Positions 28,301 to 42,337 of a stretch of 64,000 nucleotides of DNA are shown in pieces. The DNA lies in assembly GCA_050246895.1 (NCBI GenBank), contig JBFWVE010000003.1:391240-455239 (forward strand). Direction: 5' to 3'. The DNA is from Vicinamibacteria bacterium (lineage in GTDB: Bacteria; Acidobacteriota; Vicinamibacteria; Fen-336). The position numbers and the translations under genes are program-made. The notes under the pieces were generated by a model. The model was not told the origin of the DNA. It worked only from the letters and a program-made list of their open reading frames with translations, and did no database searches. Positions within the stretch are counted from its first letter, which is position 1. Every line of letters starts with the position of its first letter.

Positions 28301-28667
28301 CTAGCCTGCCAGCCATCCTCCGGGCTCCCCCCGGACGAGCCGTGCATGCACGCCCCAGGCCAGCGCCAGCATGGCGGCGTCGACCAGCCCGGAGACGGGG
28401 ACCACCCAGGGCACGCCGCCGATCGCCGTCGTCACGCCCAGGAACCCGACCGCGATCGCCTTCGTCGCCAGCATCACGCGCACGCCGCGGTAGCGGAAGT
28501 ACTCGATGAGGTAGGCGCTCGCGACGACCAGGTGGAAGGCGCCGGCCTGCCGCGCGAAGAAGGGCGGCTGCAGCGTCCCGAAGCCGCCCAGGGCGGCCCC
28601 CCACTCGGTCAGGAAGAGCAGGCAGAGCCCGACGCCTAGGCTGTGGGCGGCGACCAGGACGACGAAG
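28301..28667 (-). CDS. Possible small hydrophobic membrane protein between the hydrogenase large-subunit gene and the SDR gene. There is no canonical start codon close to the upstream stop.
   Basis: The in-frame 3' end of the listed 663-aa ORF (…FFARQAGAFHLVVASAYLIEYFRY…MLATKAIAVGFLG…) looks membrane-protein-like. The rest of that ORF is antisense or out of frame to the large subunit. Confidence 0.3.
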
Positions 28668-28683
28668 ACCGACTCGGGCCGCC

Positions 28684-30381
28684 TCAGAGGGCCTTGACCT
28701 TCGCGATCTCGCGGCCGTCGGGGTCGAGCGTATGGACGGCGCAGGCGAGGCAGGGGTCGAACGAGTGCACCGTGCGCAGTACCTCGAGCGGGCGCTCCGC
28801 GTCCGCCACGGGGTTGCCGACGAGCGACGCCTCGTACGGTCCCTTCACCTGCTTCTCGTCGCGCGGGCTGGCGTTCCAGGTGGTCGGGACCACGGCCTGG
28901 TAGTTCTTGATCTTGCCGGCCTCGATCACCACCCAGTGCGACAGCGTTCCGCGCGGGGCCTCGTGGAAGCCGAAGCCGCGGATCTCCCCCGCCGGGAACT
29001 TGGGCTCGTTGAAGATCGCGGTGTCGCCCGAGGCGATGTTGTCCACCAGCAGCTTCCAGTGCTTGAGCGCCAGCTCGGCGATCACGGCGGTGCGCACCGC
29101 GCGCGCCGCGTGGCGGCCGAGCGTCGACTGCAGCATCGCGGGCGTCACCTGCACCTTGGCGACCGCGGACACCTTGGCGAGCGCCGCGTCCGCCCACTTG
29201 CGCGTCAGCTCGTGGCCGCCCACGTAGCCGATCAACACCTGCGCCAGCGGGCCCACCTGCATCGGCTTGCCCTGGAAGCGCGGCGACTTCACCCAGGAGT
29301 ACTTGCCGTCGTCCTCGAACTTCGTGTACTTGGGGACGGTCTCCTCGTCGTACGGGTGCCTGGTCCAGCTGCCGTCGTACCAGGCGTGCGCGATGCCTTC
29401 GGTGATGTTGTCCTTGAAATAGGGGTCGTCGAAGCTCTCGATCGGCTTGAAGGTCTTGAAGTCGCCGTCCATGATGGTGCCGCCCGGCAGGTCGAACTGG
29501 GTGCCCTTGGTGTCGGTCGGCAGGTCGGGCACCGCCAGGTAGTTCTTCACGCCCGCGCCGTAGCCGAGCCACTCGGGGTACATGCCGCCGATCGCGCAGA
29601 CGTCGGGGATGTAGACCTGCTCCACGAAGCGGGTCACCTCGTCCAGCAGCTCCTTGATCGCGTACAGCTTCGCCATGTTGAGCGTGGCCTGGTTGTCCAG
29701 GTTGATCGCGTTGGCGACGCCGCCCACGGCCAGGTTCTGGATGTTGGGGGTCTTGCTGCCCAGGATCGCGACCACCTGGTTGGCCTTGCGCTGATACTCG
29801 AGCGCCTGCAGGTAGTGAGACACCGCCAGCAGGTTCACCTCGGGCGACAGCTTCATCGCCGGGTGGCCCCAGTAGCCGTTCGCGAAGATGCCGAGCTGAC
29901 CCGCCTCGACGAAACCCGCCAGCCTGTCCTTGGTCGCCTGCAGGTCGACCCGTCCGTTGTGCGGCCAGGGCGAGAGCGACTCCGCCAGCGCGGCGGCCTT
30001 GGCGGGGTCGGCCTTCAGCGCCGACACCACGTCCACCCAGTCGAGCGCGGACAGGTGGTAGAAGTGCACGATGTGGTCGTGCAGCGCGTGCGCGATCACC
30101 AGCAGGTTGCGGATGTACTGGGCGTTCTTCGGGATCTCGAGCTGCAGCGCGTTCTCGACCGCGCGCACCGAGGCGATCGCGTGCACGGTGGTGCAGACGC
30201 CGCAGAAACGCTGGGTGAACAGCCAGGCCTCGCGCGGGTCCCGCCCGAGCAGGATGTTCTCGATCCCGCGCCACATCTGACCGGAGGCCCACGCGTTGCG
30301 GACGGCGCCCCCTTCCACCTCGACGTCGATCCGCAGGTGACCCTCGATCCGAGTGATCGGGTCGATGACGATCCGTGCCAT
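28684..30381 (-). CDS. hybC: [NiFe] hydrogenase large subunit (group 1, uptake type)
   Basis: N-terminal RIEGH and RxCGVC motifs and a C-terminal DPCLACAVH. It is 565 aa. Confidence 0.95.
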   Translation of the reverse strand: MARIVIDPITRIEGHLRIDVEVEGGAVRNAWASGQMWRGIENILLGRDPREAWLFTQRFCGVCTTVHAIASVRAVENALQLEIPKNAQYIRNLLVIAHALHDHIVHFYHLSALDWVDVVSALKADPAKAAALAESLSPWPHNGRVDLQATKDRLAGFVEAGQLGIFANGYWGHPAMKLSPEVNLLAVSHYLQALEYQRKANQVVAILGSKTPNIQNLAVGGVANAINLDNQATLNMAKLYAIKELLDEVTRFVEQVYIPDVCAIGGMYPEWLGYGAGVKNYLAVPDLPTDTKGTQFDLPGGTIMDGDFKTFKPIESFDDPYFKDNITEGIAHAWYDGSWTRHPYDEETVPKYTKFEDDGKYSWVKSPRFQGKPMQVGPLAQVLIGYVGGHELTRKWADAALAKVSAVAKVQVTPAMLQSTLGRHAARAVRTAVIAELALKHWKLLVDNIASGDTAIFNEPKFPAGEIRGFGFHEAPRGTLSHWVVIEAGKIKNYQAVVPTTWNASPRDEKQVKGPYEASLVGNPVADAERPLEVLRTVHSFDPCLACAVHTLDPDGREIAKVKAL

Positions 30382-31586
30382 TACCTCACCCCCTCAATGA
30401 CCGCTCCCGCGCCCGAAGGCGCCTCGGCGCCCGCCAGGATCGGGAACGTCCTCACGGCCCAGAGGTACAGCGCGATCTCGAGGGCCACGATCCCGAACGT
30501 GATCAGCAGCTCCGGCACCGCCGGAAAGTACGACCACTGCGGACCCGGATCGAACGCGATCCAGTAGCTGTTCAGGCGGAACAGCGTGCCCGCCACGACC
30601 AGCAGGATCGCCGCCCGCGCCTGCACGCCGGGCCGGCTGCGCGCCGCCGCCGGGTACAGCAGCACGATCGCCGCCAGGTGCAGCCCGACTTCCAGCACGA
30701 AGAAGAAGCCCGCGATCGACGCGAGCGAGCCGAGATCGCCCGCCAGCGCGACCTCCAGCAGCCGGAAGGCGACCCAGAAGCCGGCCACCCACAGCGCGAC
30801 GGCGGACAGCTTCGCGAGCATCGCGTCCTCGCGCTGACGCCCGAAGGCGCGCGCCGACCACGACGCCTCGATCACCACGATCGCGTAGCCCATCACCACG
30901 CAGTTGACGAGGAACAGGAAGGGCAGCCAGGGCGTGAACCACAGCGGGTGCAGCCGCGGCCCCGCCAGCAGCATCATGGTGCCGAGCGAGGACTGGTGCA
31001 TCGTCGGCAGCAGCATGCCGAGCGCCAGGATCCAGACCAGCCCGCGATCCATCATCCGCGCGCCGCTCGCGCAGAAGGAGCGCAGCGCGGGGTTGTCGCT
31101 GTCGCGCCACTTCTCGAAGGCGGCGGGCGACAGCTCGACCGCCAGCACCAGCACGTAGGCGGCCACGCACAGCGCGACCTCGAGCTGCGGCGAGCCCGTC
31201 CAGCGCCAGAAGAAGAGCGGCACCTTCCACAGCTCCCAAGGCCGGCCCAGGTCGATGCCGACAGCCAGCACGGCCAGGCCGTAGCCGAGCAGGCTGGTCA
31301 GCACCGCCGGCCGGACCAGCGGGTGGTACTCGCCCTTGTTGAGCACGTAGACGAGCAGGGCGACGGCGTAGCCGCCGCAGCCGAGCGCCGTGCCGGTGAC
31401 GACGTCGAAGGCGATCCAGATGCCCCAGGGGTAGCCGTCGTTCAGGTTGCTCACGCCGCCGAGGCCGGTCGCGAAGCGGTAGAAGGCCGAGATCGCGCCC
31501 AGCGCGATCGCGGCCAGCAGCAGGCGGTAGGAACGGGTCAGCAGCTCGCCGCCGACCGGGGTGTGCACGACGGCGTGGCTGCTCAC
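30381..31586 (-). CDS. hybB: Hydrogenase-associated integral membrane protein of the NrfD/PsrC (HybB) family. It probably starts at a GTG overlapping the stop of the ferredoxin gene.
   Basis: About 400 aa with many TM helices. There is no ATG in frame after the upstream stop. Its position between the HybA-like and large-subunit genes matches the hybOABC order. Confidence 0.8.
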   Translation of the reverse strand: MSSHAVVHTPVGGELLTRSYRLLLAAIALGAISAFYRFATGLGGVSNLNDGYPWGIWIAFDVVTGTALGCGGYAVALLVYVLNKGEYHPLVRPAVLTSLLGYGLAVLAVGIDLGRPWELWKVPLFFWRWTGSPQLEVALCVAAYVLVLAVELSPAAFEKWRDSDNPALRSFCASGARMMDRGLVWILALGMLLPTMHQSSLGTMMLLAGPRLHPLWFTPWLPFLFLVNCVVMGYAIVVIEASWSARAFGRQREDAMLAKLSAVALWVAGFWVAFRLLEVALAGDLGSLASIAGFFFVLEVGLHLAAIVLLYPAAARSRPGVQARAAILLVVAGTLFRLNSYWIAFDPGPQWSYFPAVPELLITFGIVALEIALYLWAVRTFPILAGAEAPSGAGAVIEGVR

Positions 31587-32518
31587 GAGCCCGCCTCCTC
31601 CGGCTTCGGCGCCTCGGGCGGCGCGCCCTGCCGGTTGCGCAGCATCACCGCCGCCAGCGCCCCGTAGAGCGCGATCGGCGCGATGAAGCCCTTGTAGATG
31701 CCCTCCTGCACCGAGTAGGCGACCTGCGGCACGCCGCGCGCGCCCAGGCTGGGCAGCCCCAGCTTCTCGAAGGGCACGTGCGAGAGGTAGAGCACCTGCG
31801 TGCCGCCGGCCTCGGTCTCGCCGTAGACGCGATCCTCGAAGTAGCGGCCCGGCGACTCGGCGATGCGCCGTTTCGCCTCCGTCAGCAGCTCCGTGCGCTT
31901 GCCGTAGATCACGGCCTCGCGCGGGCAGACCTCGCAGCAGGCGGGGCCCATTCCCGCCGGGTAGCGGCTGAAGCCGGCGGCGTCCGAGAGCGAAGCACCC
32001 GCGGCCACCCGGTGCCGGCACAGCTCGCACTTCACGATCTTCGGCGCCGCCTTGGCGAACTCGAACTTCGGCACCCCGAACGGGCAGGCCATCTGGCAGT
32101 AGCGGCAGCCCACGCAGTAGGTGGGGTCGTAGCCGACGATGCCGGTCTTCTCGTCCTTGTGCAGCGAGCCCAGCATGCACGCGGCCGAGCAGGCCGGGTC
32201 GACGCAGTGCATGCACTGCGCCTTGACGTAGGAGATGCGGCTGCCTTCCTTGTAGAGCTTGATCACGTTCTTGGTGCGGCCGTTCAAGTCGAGCGGCGCC
32301 TGGTGCAGCCCGTCGCGGCTCGTGTCCGGCTCGAGCCCGTTCGCCTCGCGACAGGCGACGACGCAGGCCTTGCAGCCGATGCAGCGCGTGGTGTCGTAGA
32401 GCATGCCGAGCGCTTCGGGTGGAGCCTGCTGGGTCTCGCGGGCCCCGACGGCGCTGGCCGCCGCGACGCCGCCGCTGCCGGCGAGCGCCCTGAGCGCAGT
32501 ACGGCGACTGAGGGCCAC
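31583..32518 (-). CDS. hybA: Tat-exported 4Fe-4S ferredoxin-type subunit (HybA-like)
   Basis: Tat motif SRRTALRALAGSG. Multiple CxxCxxCxxxCP clusters (CIGCKACVVAC, CMHCVDPAC, CVGCRYCQMACP). There is a C-terminal TM anchor. Confidence 0.85.
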   Translation of the reverse strand: MALSRRTALRALAGSGGVAAASAVGARETQQAPPEALGMLYDTTRCIGCKACVVACREANGLEPDTSRDGLHQAPLDLNGRTKNVIKLYKEGSRISYVKAQCMHCVDPACSAACMLGSLHKDEKTGIVGYDPTYCVGCRYCQMACPFGVPKFEFAKAAPKIVKCELCRHRVAAGASLSDAAGFSRYPAGMGPACCEVCPREAVIYGKRTELLTEAKRRIAESPGRYFEDRVYGETEAGGTQVLYLSHVPFEKLGLPSLGARGVPQVAYSVQEGIYKGFIAPIALYGALAAVMLRNRQGAPPEAPKPEEAGS

Positions 32519-32520
32519 CG

Positions 32521-33672
32521 CTAGGCCCCCTCTCCACCCTTCGGCGGCCCCGGCAGCTCCGTCCCGCCGGGCTTCTCGCCGTCCAGGGACTTGGCGAACT
32601 TCCAGCCGGCTCCCAGCGCGGCGCCGGCGGCCAGGCCCGCGAGGCCCGCGGCGATCGCCGAGATCGAGCCCTGCGGCTCACGCACGCCCGGGTAGGTGTC
32701 GGGCGGCGTCGGCCGCTCGATGTCCACCGTGTCGTGCAGGGGAACCTTGAAGGCCAGCTTCTCCTCGGTGCAGCCGAAGCAGGGATGGCCCAGGCCGATC
32801 GGCCAGGCGTCGGTGACCTCGCCGAACGTCAGCGTCGAGCAGCTCGCGTGCGTCGCCGGGCCCTTGCAGCCGAGGCGGTACAGGCAGTGGCCCTGGCGGT
32901 GCCCCTCGTCGCCGAACTTCAGCGCGAAGCGGCCGGCGTCGAAGTGGGCGCGCCGCGGGCAGTGCTCGTGGATCGTGCGTCCGTAGCCGAACTTCGGCCG
33001 GCCCAGCTCGTCGAGCTCGGGCAGCTTGCCGAGCGCGACGAACTGCAGCGCCGTGCCGAGGAAGATGTACGGGTTGGCCGGGCAGCCCGGCAGCGTGACG
33101 ACCGTCTTGCCCTTCAGGATCATCGGCGCCCCGGTGGCGCCGGTCGGGTTGGGCGGCGAGGACGGGATGCCGCCCCAGGAGGCGCACGAGCCGATCGCGA
33201 TCACGGCGCCGGCCTTGCCGGCGACCTCGTTGGCGATCTCGACCGCCGTGCGGCCGCCGATCTGGCAGTAGATGCCGCCCTCCTTCTCGGGGATGGCGCC
33301 CTCGATCACGCAGATGTACTTGCCCTCGTTGGCGGCCATCGCGTCCTTCAGGCACTTCTCCGCCTGATGGCCGGCGGCGGCCAGCAGCGTCTCGTGATAG
33401 TCGAGCGACACGAGGTCGAGGATCAGCTCCGCGAGGCCGGGGTGCGAGGTGCGCAGCAGCGACTCGGTGCAGCCCGTGCACTCCTGGAAGTGGAGCCAGA
33501 TCACCGACGGCTTCAGGCCCTTGCCGGCGGCCTCCACGATGCGGGCCGTGGCGGCCGAGCTGAGGCCGATCGAGGCCGCCGCCATCGTGACGATCTGCAC
33601 GAACCCGCGGCGGTCGATCCCGTCGCGCGTCCGGGTCTCACCGAGCGACGGCGCAAAAAAGGGCACGCTCAT
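32521..33672 (-). CDS. hybO: [NiFe] hydrogenase small subunit with a Tat signal and a C-terminal TM anchor. The start is taken at MSVPFF.
   Basis: Tat motif DRRGFV. Small-subunit cysteine motifs (ECTGCTES, GSCASWGG, …CPANP…). It has a C-terminal hydrophobic tail. Confidence 0.9.
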   Translation of the reverse strand: MSVPFFAPSLGETRTRDGIDRRGFVQIVTMAAASIGLSSAATARIVEAAGKGLKPSVIWLHFQECTGCTESLLRTSHPGLAELILDLVSLDYHETLLAAAGHQAEKCLKDAMAANEGKYICVIEGAIPEKEGGIYCQIGGRTAVEIANEVAGKAGAVIAIGSCASWGGIPSSPPNPTGATGAPMILKGKTVVTLPGCPANPYIFLGTALQFVALGKLPELDELGRPKFGYGRTIHEHCPRRAHFDAGRFALKFGDEGHRQGHCLYRLGCKGPATHASCSTLTFGEVTDAWPIGLGHPCFGCTEEKLAFKVPLHDTVDIERPTPPDTYPGVREPQGSISAIAAGLAGLAAGAALGAGWKFAKSLDGEKPGGTELPGPPKGGEGA

Positions 33673-33741
33673 CCCCCACCTCCTGACGACGACCTCATGC
33701 GGCACGACCCGCCCGACGACCCTCTGGACCTCGCGACGGCC

Positions 33742-34671
33742 TCAGACCACCAGCACCGGACACGGCGCGTGCCGGACCACCCGCTCCGCGTGGCTGCCCA
33801 CCACGCGGTCGGCCAGGCTGTCGTGCCCGTGCGTCGACATCACGACGAGGTCGGCGCGCTCGACGCGGGCCGTCTCGACGATGCGGTCCCAGGCCGAGCC
33901 GAGGAACACACGCGGCAGCACGCGCAGCCCGTCGAACTGCGGGCCCAGGAAGGCGCGCAGCTTCTCGTCGGACGGCACGTTCGCGTCCACGTACTCGACG
34001 CCTGCCGTGTCCGACGCGATCGCGGCCGGCGGCGGCGGCGCGGCGTGCACGCCGACCACGTCGGCCCCGAAAGTGCGGGCCAGCAGCGCCGCCCACGGGA
34101 AGGCCCGCCTCGAGCGCTGCGACAGGTCGGTCGGCAGCAGGATGCGGCGGTAGGGCAGCGCCACCCCGTGGTCGGGCTCGCGCACGAACAGGACGGGCGC
34201 CGGACTGCGCTGGAGCAGCGCCTCGGCCACGCTGCCGAGGACGAAGTGCGCGAAGCCGGCGTTGCCGTGGGTCGCCATCACCACCAGATCGGGCCGCAGC
34301 GACGCCTGAGCCTTGATCAGGCTGCTGGCGACGGACGGCCCGCGGGTGACGAGCGGCTCGAACCCGTCGCCGAGACCGGCGACGTGGCGCTCGAAGTGCT
34401 CGCGCGCCTGCACCTCGGCGCGGCGCGCGGACTCGAGCTGGGGGTCTGCCGGGTCGGACGGCTCCTGCTTGAAGCGCACCGGCACCACGTGGCACAGCGT
34501 CACGTGCGCGCCCGTCGCCTGGGCGAGCAGAGCCGCGTGCTCGAAGGCACGGTCCGACTCGGGGCTCAGGTCGGAAGGAAAGAAGATGGAACGGAGGGCG
34601 ACGGCGTCGGCGGCGCGCGCGGAGGGCGCGGCGTCGGCCTGGGCGTCCCGGAAGGTCGTTGCGTTCTGCAT
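33742..34671 (-). CDS. Tandem universal stress protein (two UspA domains)
   Basis: Two repeats of the …ATHG…LGSVAE…PVL… Usp signature. Confidence 0.8.
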   Translation of the reverse strand: MQNATTFRDAQADAAPSARAADAVALRSIFFPSDLSPESDRAFEHAALLAQATGAHVTLCHVVPVRFKQEPSDPADPQLESARRAEVQAREHFERHVAGLGDGFEPLVTRGPSVASSLIKAQASLRPDLVVMATHGNAGFAHFVLGSVAEALLQRSPAPVLFVREPDHGVALPYRRILLPTDLSQRSRRAFPWAALLARTFGADVVGVHAAPPPPAAIASDTAGVEYVDANVPSDEKLRAFLGPQFDGLRVLPRVFLGSAWDRIVETARVERADLVVMSTHGHDSLADRVVGSHAERVVRHAPCPVLVV

Positions 34672-34974
34672 CGACTGCCTCCTGCCCGTCAGTCCCTACA
34701 ACGAGACTTGGCGACCGGTGCAAACAAAGGCCGTGCCAGGCTTCCAGAGCGGGCAAACGGGGCGATCGGGACCGCGCGCATGCAAATCCATCGTGAACGA
34801 GGCGCTGCGCGCCGCAAGCGTTTCGCGCGGCGCGCGGCGCGCCCTCCGCGGCGCCCGCCGCCTCGCCCATACGGGACCGCGCGCGCGCGCGTGCCAGCCG
34901 CGACGCGCTGGCGCGGATCGTGCAAATCGACCAGCGTCAGAGATATCGCGGGGGTTGCATTGAGCACGCCGAAC

Positions 34975-38616
<3,642 letters not shown>

Positions 38617-38617
38617 C

Positions 38618-39625
<1,008 letters not shown>

Positions 39626-39643
39626 GCCGGATGCACTATCCAT

Positions 39644-39700
39644 TTGAACAATCTGACTCGTTTACAATGACCAAGGCGCTCATATAGCTTTCGGTCATCA
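39644..39700 (+). promoter_or_regulatory. Relatively AT-rich segment upstream of the HTH gene. It has sigma70-like elements (TTTACA-N16-TATAGC) and an ATGACC…GGTCAT inverted repeat.
   Basis: This is the only AT-rich stretch in the neighbourhood. The hexamers and their spacing were read directly; the match to consensus is partial. Confidence 0.3.
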
Positions 39701-39714
39701 TGGAGGGTGCTGTG

Positions 39715-39960
39715 ATGCACGCCGTCATCAAGGGCCAGGGCGCAGCAGCCGAGCCAGACGCGTTGTTGACCCGCTCGGAGGTGGCGCGCCTGCTGGGCGT
39801 CTCGCCGACGACGGTGACCCGCTGGGCGCGGGAAGGACGCCTCGCCTGCCGAGTCACCCTGGGCGGTCATCATCGGTTCGAGCGTGGGCTCGTCGAGGAG
39901 GTCCGGGAGCACATGGAGCGCGGGACCACCCGAACGGAAGCGGGAGCCCAGAAGAAGTAG
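39715..39960 (+). CDS. Small helix-turn-helix DNA-binding protein (MerR/excisionase-like HTH_17, BldC-like).
   Basis: LLTRSEVARLLGVSPTTVTRWAREGRL. There is a GGAGGG Shine-Dalgarno upstream of the ATG at 39715. Confidence 0.6.
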   Translation: MHAVIKGQGAAAEPDALLTRSEVARLLGVSPTTVTRWAREGRLACRVTLGGHHRFERGLVEEVREHMERGTTRTEAGAQKK

Positions 39961-39988
39961 GAACTTCCGAGAAGGAGCGGTGCCGAAC

Positions 39989-40261
39989 ATGAGGAGAATG
40001 CTGGCCGTTCTGGCGGGATGCGCGGTGCTGGCCGGGTTCGCCGTGGCTCCCAGCGCTCGGGCCACCATGGACCTGCAGAAGAAGGCGAAGGCCGCCGGCT
40101 TCCCAGCGACCAACTGCGCATACTGCCACAATGAGAAGCTGCCGAAGAAGGGCGCGGCGACGAGCAACGACCGCGGCAAGTTCCTCGAAGAGCAGAAGGC
40201 CAAGAAGGCCGCGAAGGAAATCGACGTCTCCTGGCTGAAGGAGTACGTCGAGAAGAAGTAG
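39989..40261 (+). CDS. Small secreted Lys-rich protein with a single CxxCH haem-binding motif (putative mini c-type cytochrome).
   Basis: Signal peptide MRRMLAVLAGCAVLAGFAVAPSARA. Motif NCAYCH. There is a GAAGGAG Shine-Dalgarno upstream. Confidence 0.5.
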   Translation: MRRMLAVLAGCAVLAGFAVAPSARATMDLQKKAKAAGFPATNCAYCHNEKLPKKGAATSNDRGKFLEEQKAKKAAKEIDVSWLKEYVEKK

Positions 40262-40280
40262 CTCCCCCCGCGCTGCCTTG

Positions 40281-40320
40281 GCGCCCCCCGGCCCCACGGC
40301 CCCGGGGGCGCTTTTTTTTC
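40281..40320 (+). terminator. Rho-independent terminator
   Basis: GCGCCCCCCGGCC-ccac-GGCCCCGGGGGCGC followed by TTTTTTTT. Confidence 0.85.
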
Positions 40321-40336
40321 GCCAAAGGGGGCGGGC

Positions 40337-42337
40337 GTGGAACGTGCAATCCGATCGCTCGTGACCCTCGAGCGTGGCGCCGCCGCAACGGCGGAGATCG
40401 GATCGCACGCCGGCGTGCCCCACCGGCCTCGCGGGCCGGTCATCCTGGTCGGCTCCCCCAACGTCGGCAAGAGCGCGCTCTTCGGGGCCCTGACCGGCAC
40501 CTACGTCGCCGTCTCCAACTACCCCGGCACCACCGTCGAGATCGCGCGCGGAAGCCTCGCGCTCGAGGGCGCCCGCGCCGAGATCATCGACACGCCGGGG
40601 GTCGGCTCGCTGATCCCCTCGTCCGAGGACGAGCGCGTCAGCCGCGACATCCTGCTGGCCGAGCCCGCTCCACGCGCGGTGGTGGTGGTCGGCGACGCGA
40701 AGAACCTGGAGCGCAGCCTGGCGCTGGCGCTCGAGGTCGGCGAGACCGGCCTGCCGCTGGTGTTCGCCCTCAACATGATGGACGAGGCTTCCACGCGCGG
40801 TCTGGGCGTCGACACCGTGGCGCTGTCCGCCTGCCTCGGCGTGCCGGTGGTGCCGACCGTGGCCGTGCTGCACCAGGGCCTGCGGGAGCTGGTGTCCGCG
40901 CTGCCCGCGGCGAGGCCGATCGAAGCGCGCCCGAGCTACCCGCCGGCGCTGGAGCAGGCGATCGCGGCGGCGAGCGCCGGCGCCGGCGCGCGTGCCGGGA
41001 CGCGGACGCGTGCGATCGACGCGCTGTGCCGCCGCGCGGCTCCGGCCAGCGCGGGCGCGCCCGCCTCGCCGGACCCGCTGGCGCTTCGGCTCGGCGAGCC
41101 GGTGGCCGCGGCTGTCGTCGCGGCGCGCTTCCGCGAGGCCGCCCGCATCGCCGCGCGGGTCCGCCAGGCCAACGGGCGCCCGCGCTCGGGCCGCCGGCTC
41201 TCGCGCGGACTCGAGCGGGCCACCACCCACCCTCGGATCGGCCTGCTGCTGCTGGCGGCCGTGCTGTTCCTGACCTACGAGTTCGTCGGCGTCTTCGGCG
41301 CCGGCACCTTGGTCGGCCTCTTCGAGGACCGCCTCTTCGGCGCGTGGATCAACCCCGCGGCGATCGCCCTGGCTGACCGCCTGCTGGGGCCCGGAGTGGT
41401 GCGCGACCTGCTGGTGGGCCCCTACGGCCTGATCACGATGGCGCTCACCTACTCGCTGGCGCTGGTGCTGCCGATCGTGGGCACCTTCTTCATCGCCTTC
41501 GGCGCGCTCGAGGACTCGGGCTACCTGCCGCGTCTCGCCGTGATGGCCAACCGCGGCTTCCGCGTGCTGGGCCTGAACGGCAAGGCGGTGCTGCCGATGG
41601 TGCTCGGGCTCGGCTGCGACACCATGGCGACGCTCACGACACGCGTGCTGGAAACGCCGAAAGAGCGCCTGATCGTGATCCTGCTGCTGGCGCTCGGCGT
41701 GCCGTGCTCGGCCCAGCTCGCCGTCTCGCTCGCGCTGCTGCAGCCGCTCGGGCCGTCGGCGCTGCTGATCTGGGGCGGTGTGGTTGCAGCCGTGATCGTG
41801 GTCGCCGGCCGGCTGGCGGCGCTCGTGCTGCCCGGGCACGGCAGCGACTTCGTGCTCGAGCTGCCGCCGTTGCGGGTGCCGCGGCTCGGCAACATCGCGG
41901 TCAAGACTCTCGCGCGCATCGAGTGGTACCTGCGCGAGGCGGTGCCGCTGTTCGTGCTCGGCACGCTGCTGCTGTTCTTCGGCGACCGCCTGGGCGCCCT
42001 GCGCTTCATCGAGCGGCTGGCGGCGCCCCTGGTGGTGGGCGGGCTGGGACTGCCGGCCGAGGCGGCCCAGGCCTTCGTGATCGGCTTCCTGCGCCGCGAC
42101 TTCGGCGCGGCGGGGCTGTTCCGCCTGGTCGAGGAGGGACGCCTGAGCCCGGCCCAGGTGCTGGTCGCGACCGTGACGATGACGCTGTTCATCCCCTGCA
42201 TCGCGAACTTCTTCATGATCGTGAAGGAGCGCGGAGCGCGCACCGCCTTCGCGATCGCGGCCGTGATCTTCCCGCTGGCCTTCGGCGTGGGCGCCGCGCT
42301 GCACGCGACGCTCCACGCGCTGGAGCTGTTCCGGTGA
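40337..42337 (+). CDS. feoB: Ferrous iron transporter FeoB (GTPase domain plus membrane permease), with a GTG start.
   Basis: G1 motif GSPNVGKSALF and G-domain DTPG, then a long polytopic membrane region. Confidence 0.9.
   Translation: MERAIRSLVTLERGAAATAEIGSHAGVPHRPRGPVILVGSPNVGKSALFGALTGTYVAVSNYPGTTVEIARGSLALEGARAEIIDTPGVGSLIPSSEDERVSRDILLAEPAPRAVVVVGDAKNLERSLALALEVGETGLPLVFALNMMDEASTRGLGVDTVALSACLGVPVVPTVAVLHQGLRELVSALPAARPIEARPSYPPALEQAIAAASAGAGARAGTRTRAIDALCRRAAPASAGAPASPDPLALRLGEPVAAAVVAARFREAARIAARVRQANGRPRSGRRLSRGLERATTHPRIGLLLLAAVLFLTYEFVGVFGAGTLVGLFEDRLFGAWINPAAIALADRLLGPGVVRDLLVGPYGLITMALTYSLALVLPIVGTFFIAFGALEDSGYLPRLAVMANRGFRVLGLNGKAVLPMVLGLGCDTMATLTTRVLETPKERLIVILLLALGVPCSAQLAVSLALLQPLGPSALLIWGGVVAAVIVVAGRLAALVLPGHGSDFVLELPPLRVPRLGNIAVKTLARIEWYLREAVPLFVLGTLLLFFGDRLGALRFIERLAAPLVVGGLGLPAEAAQAFVIGFLRRDFGAAGLFRLVEEGRLSPAQVLVATVTMTLFIPCIANFFMIVKERGARTAFAIAAVIFPLAFGVGAALHATLHALELFR

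Noticed and set aside
32734-34974. 5' 2.2 kb of the listed 1960-aa ORF
   Set aside because: It is antisense to the hydrogenase small-subunit and Usp genes. The PFOR homology begins at the ATG at 34975.
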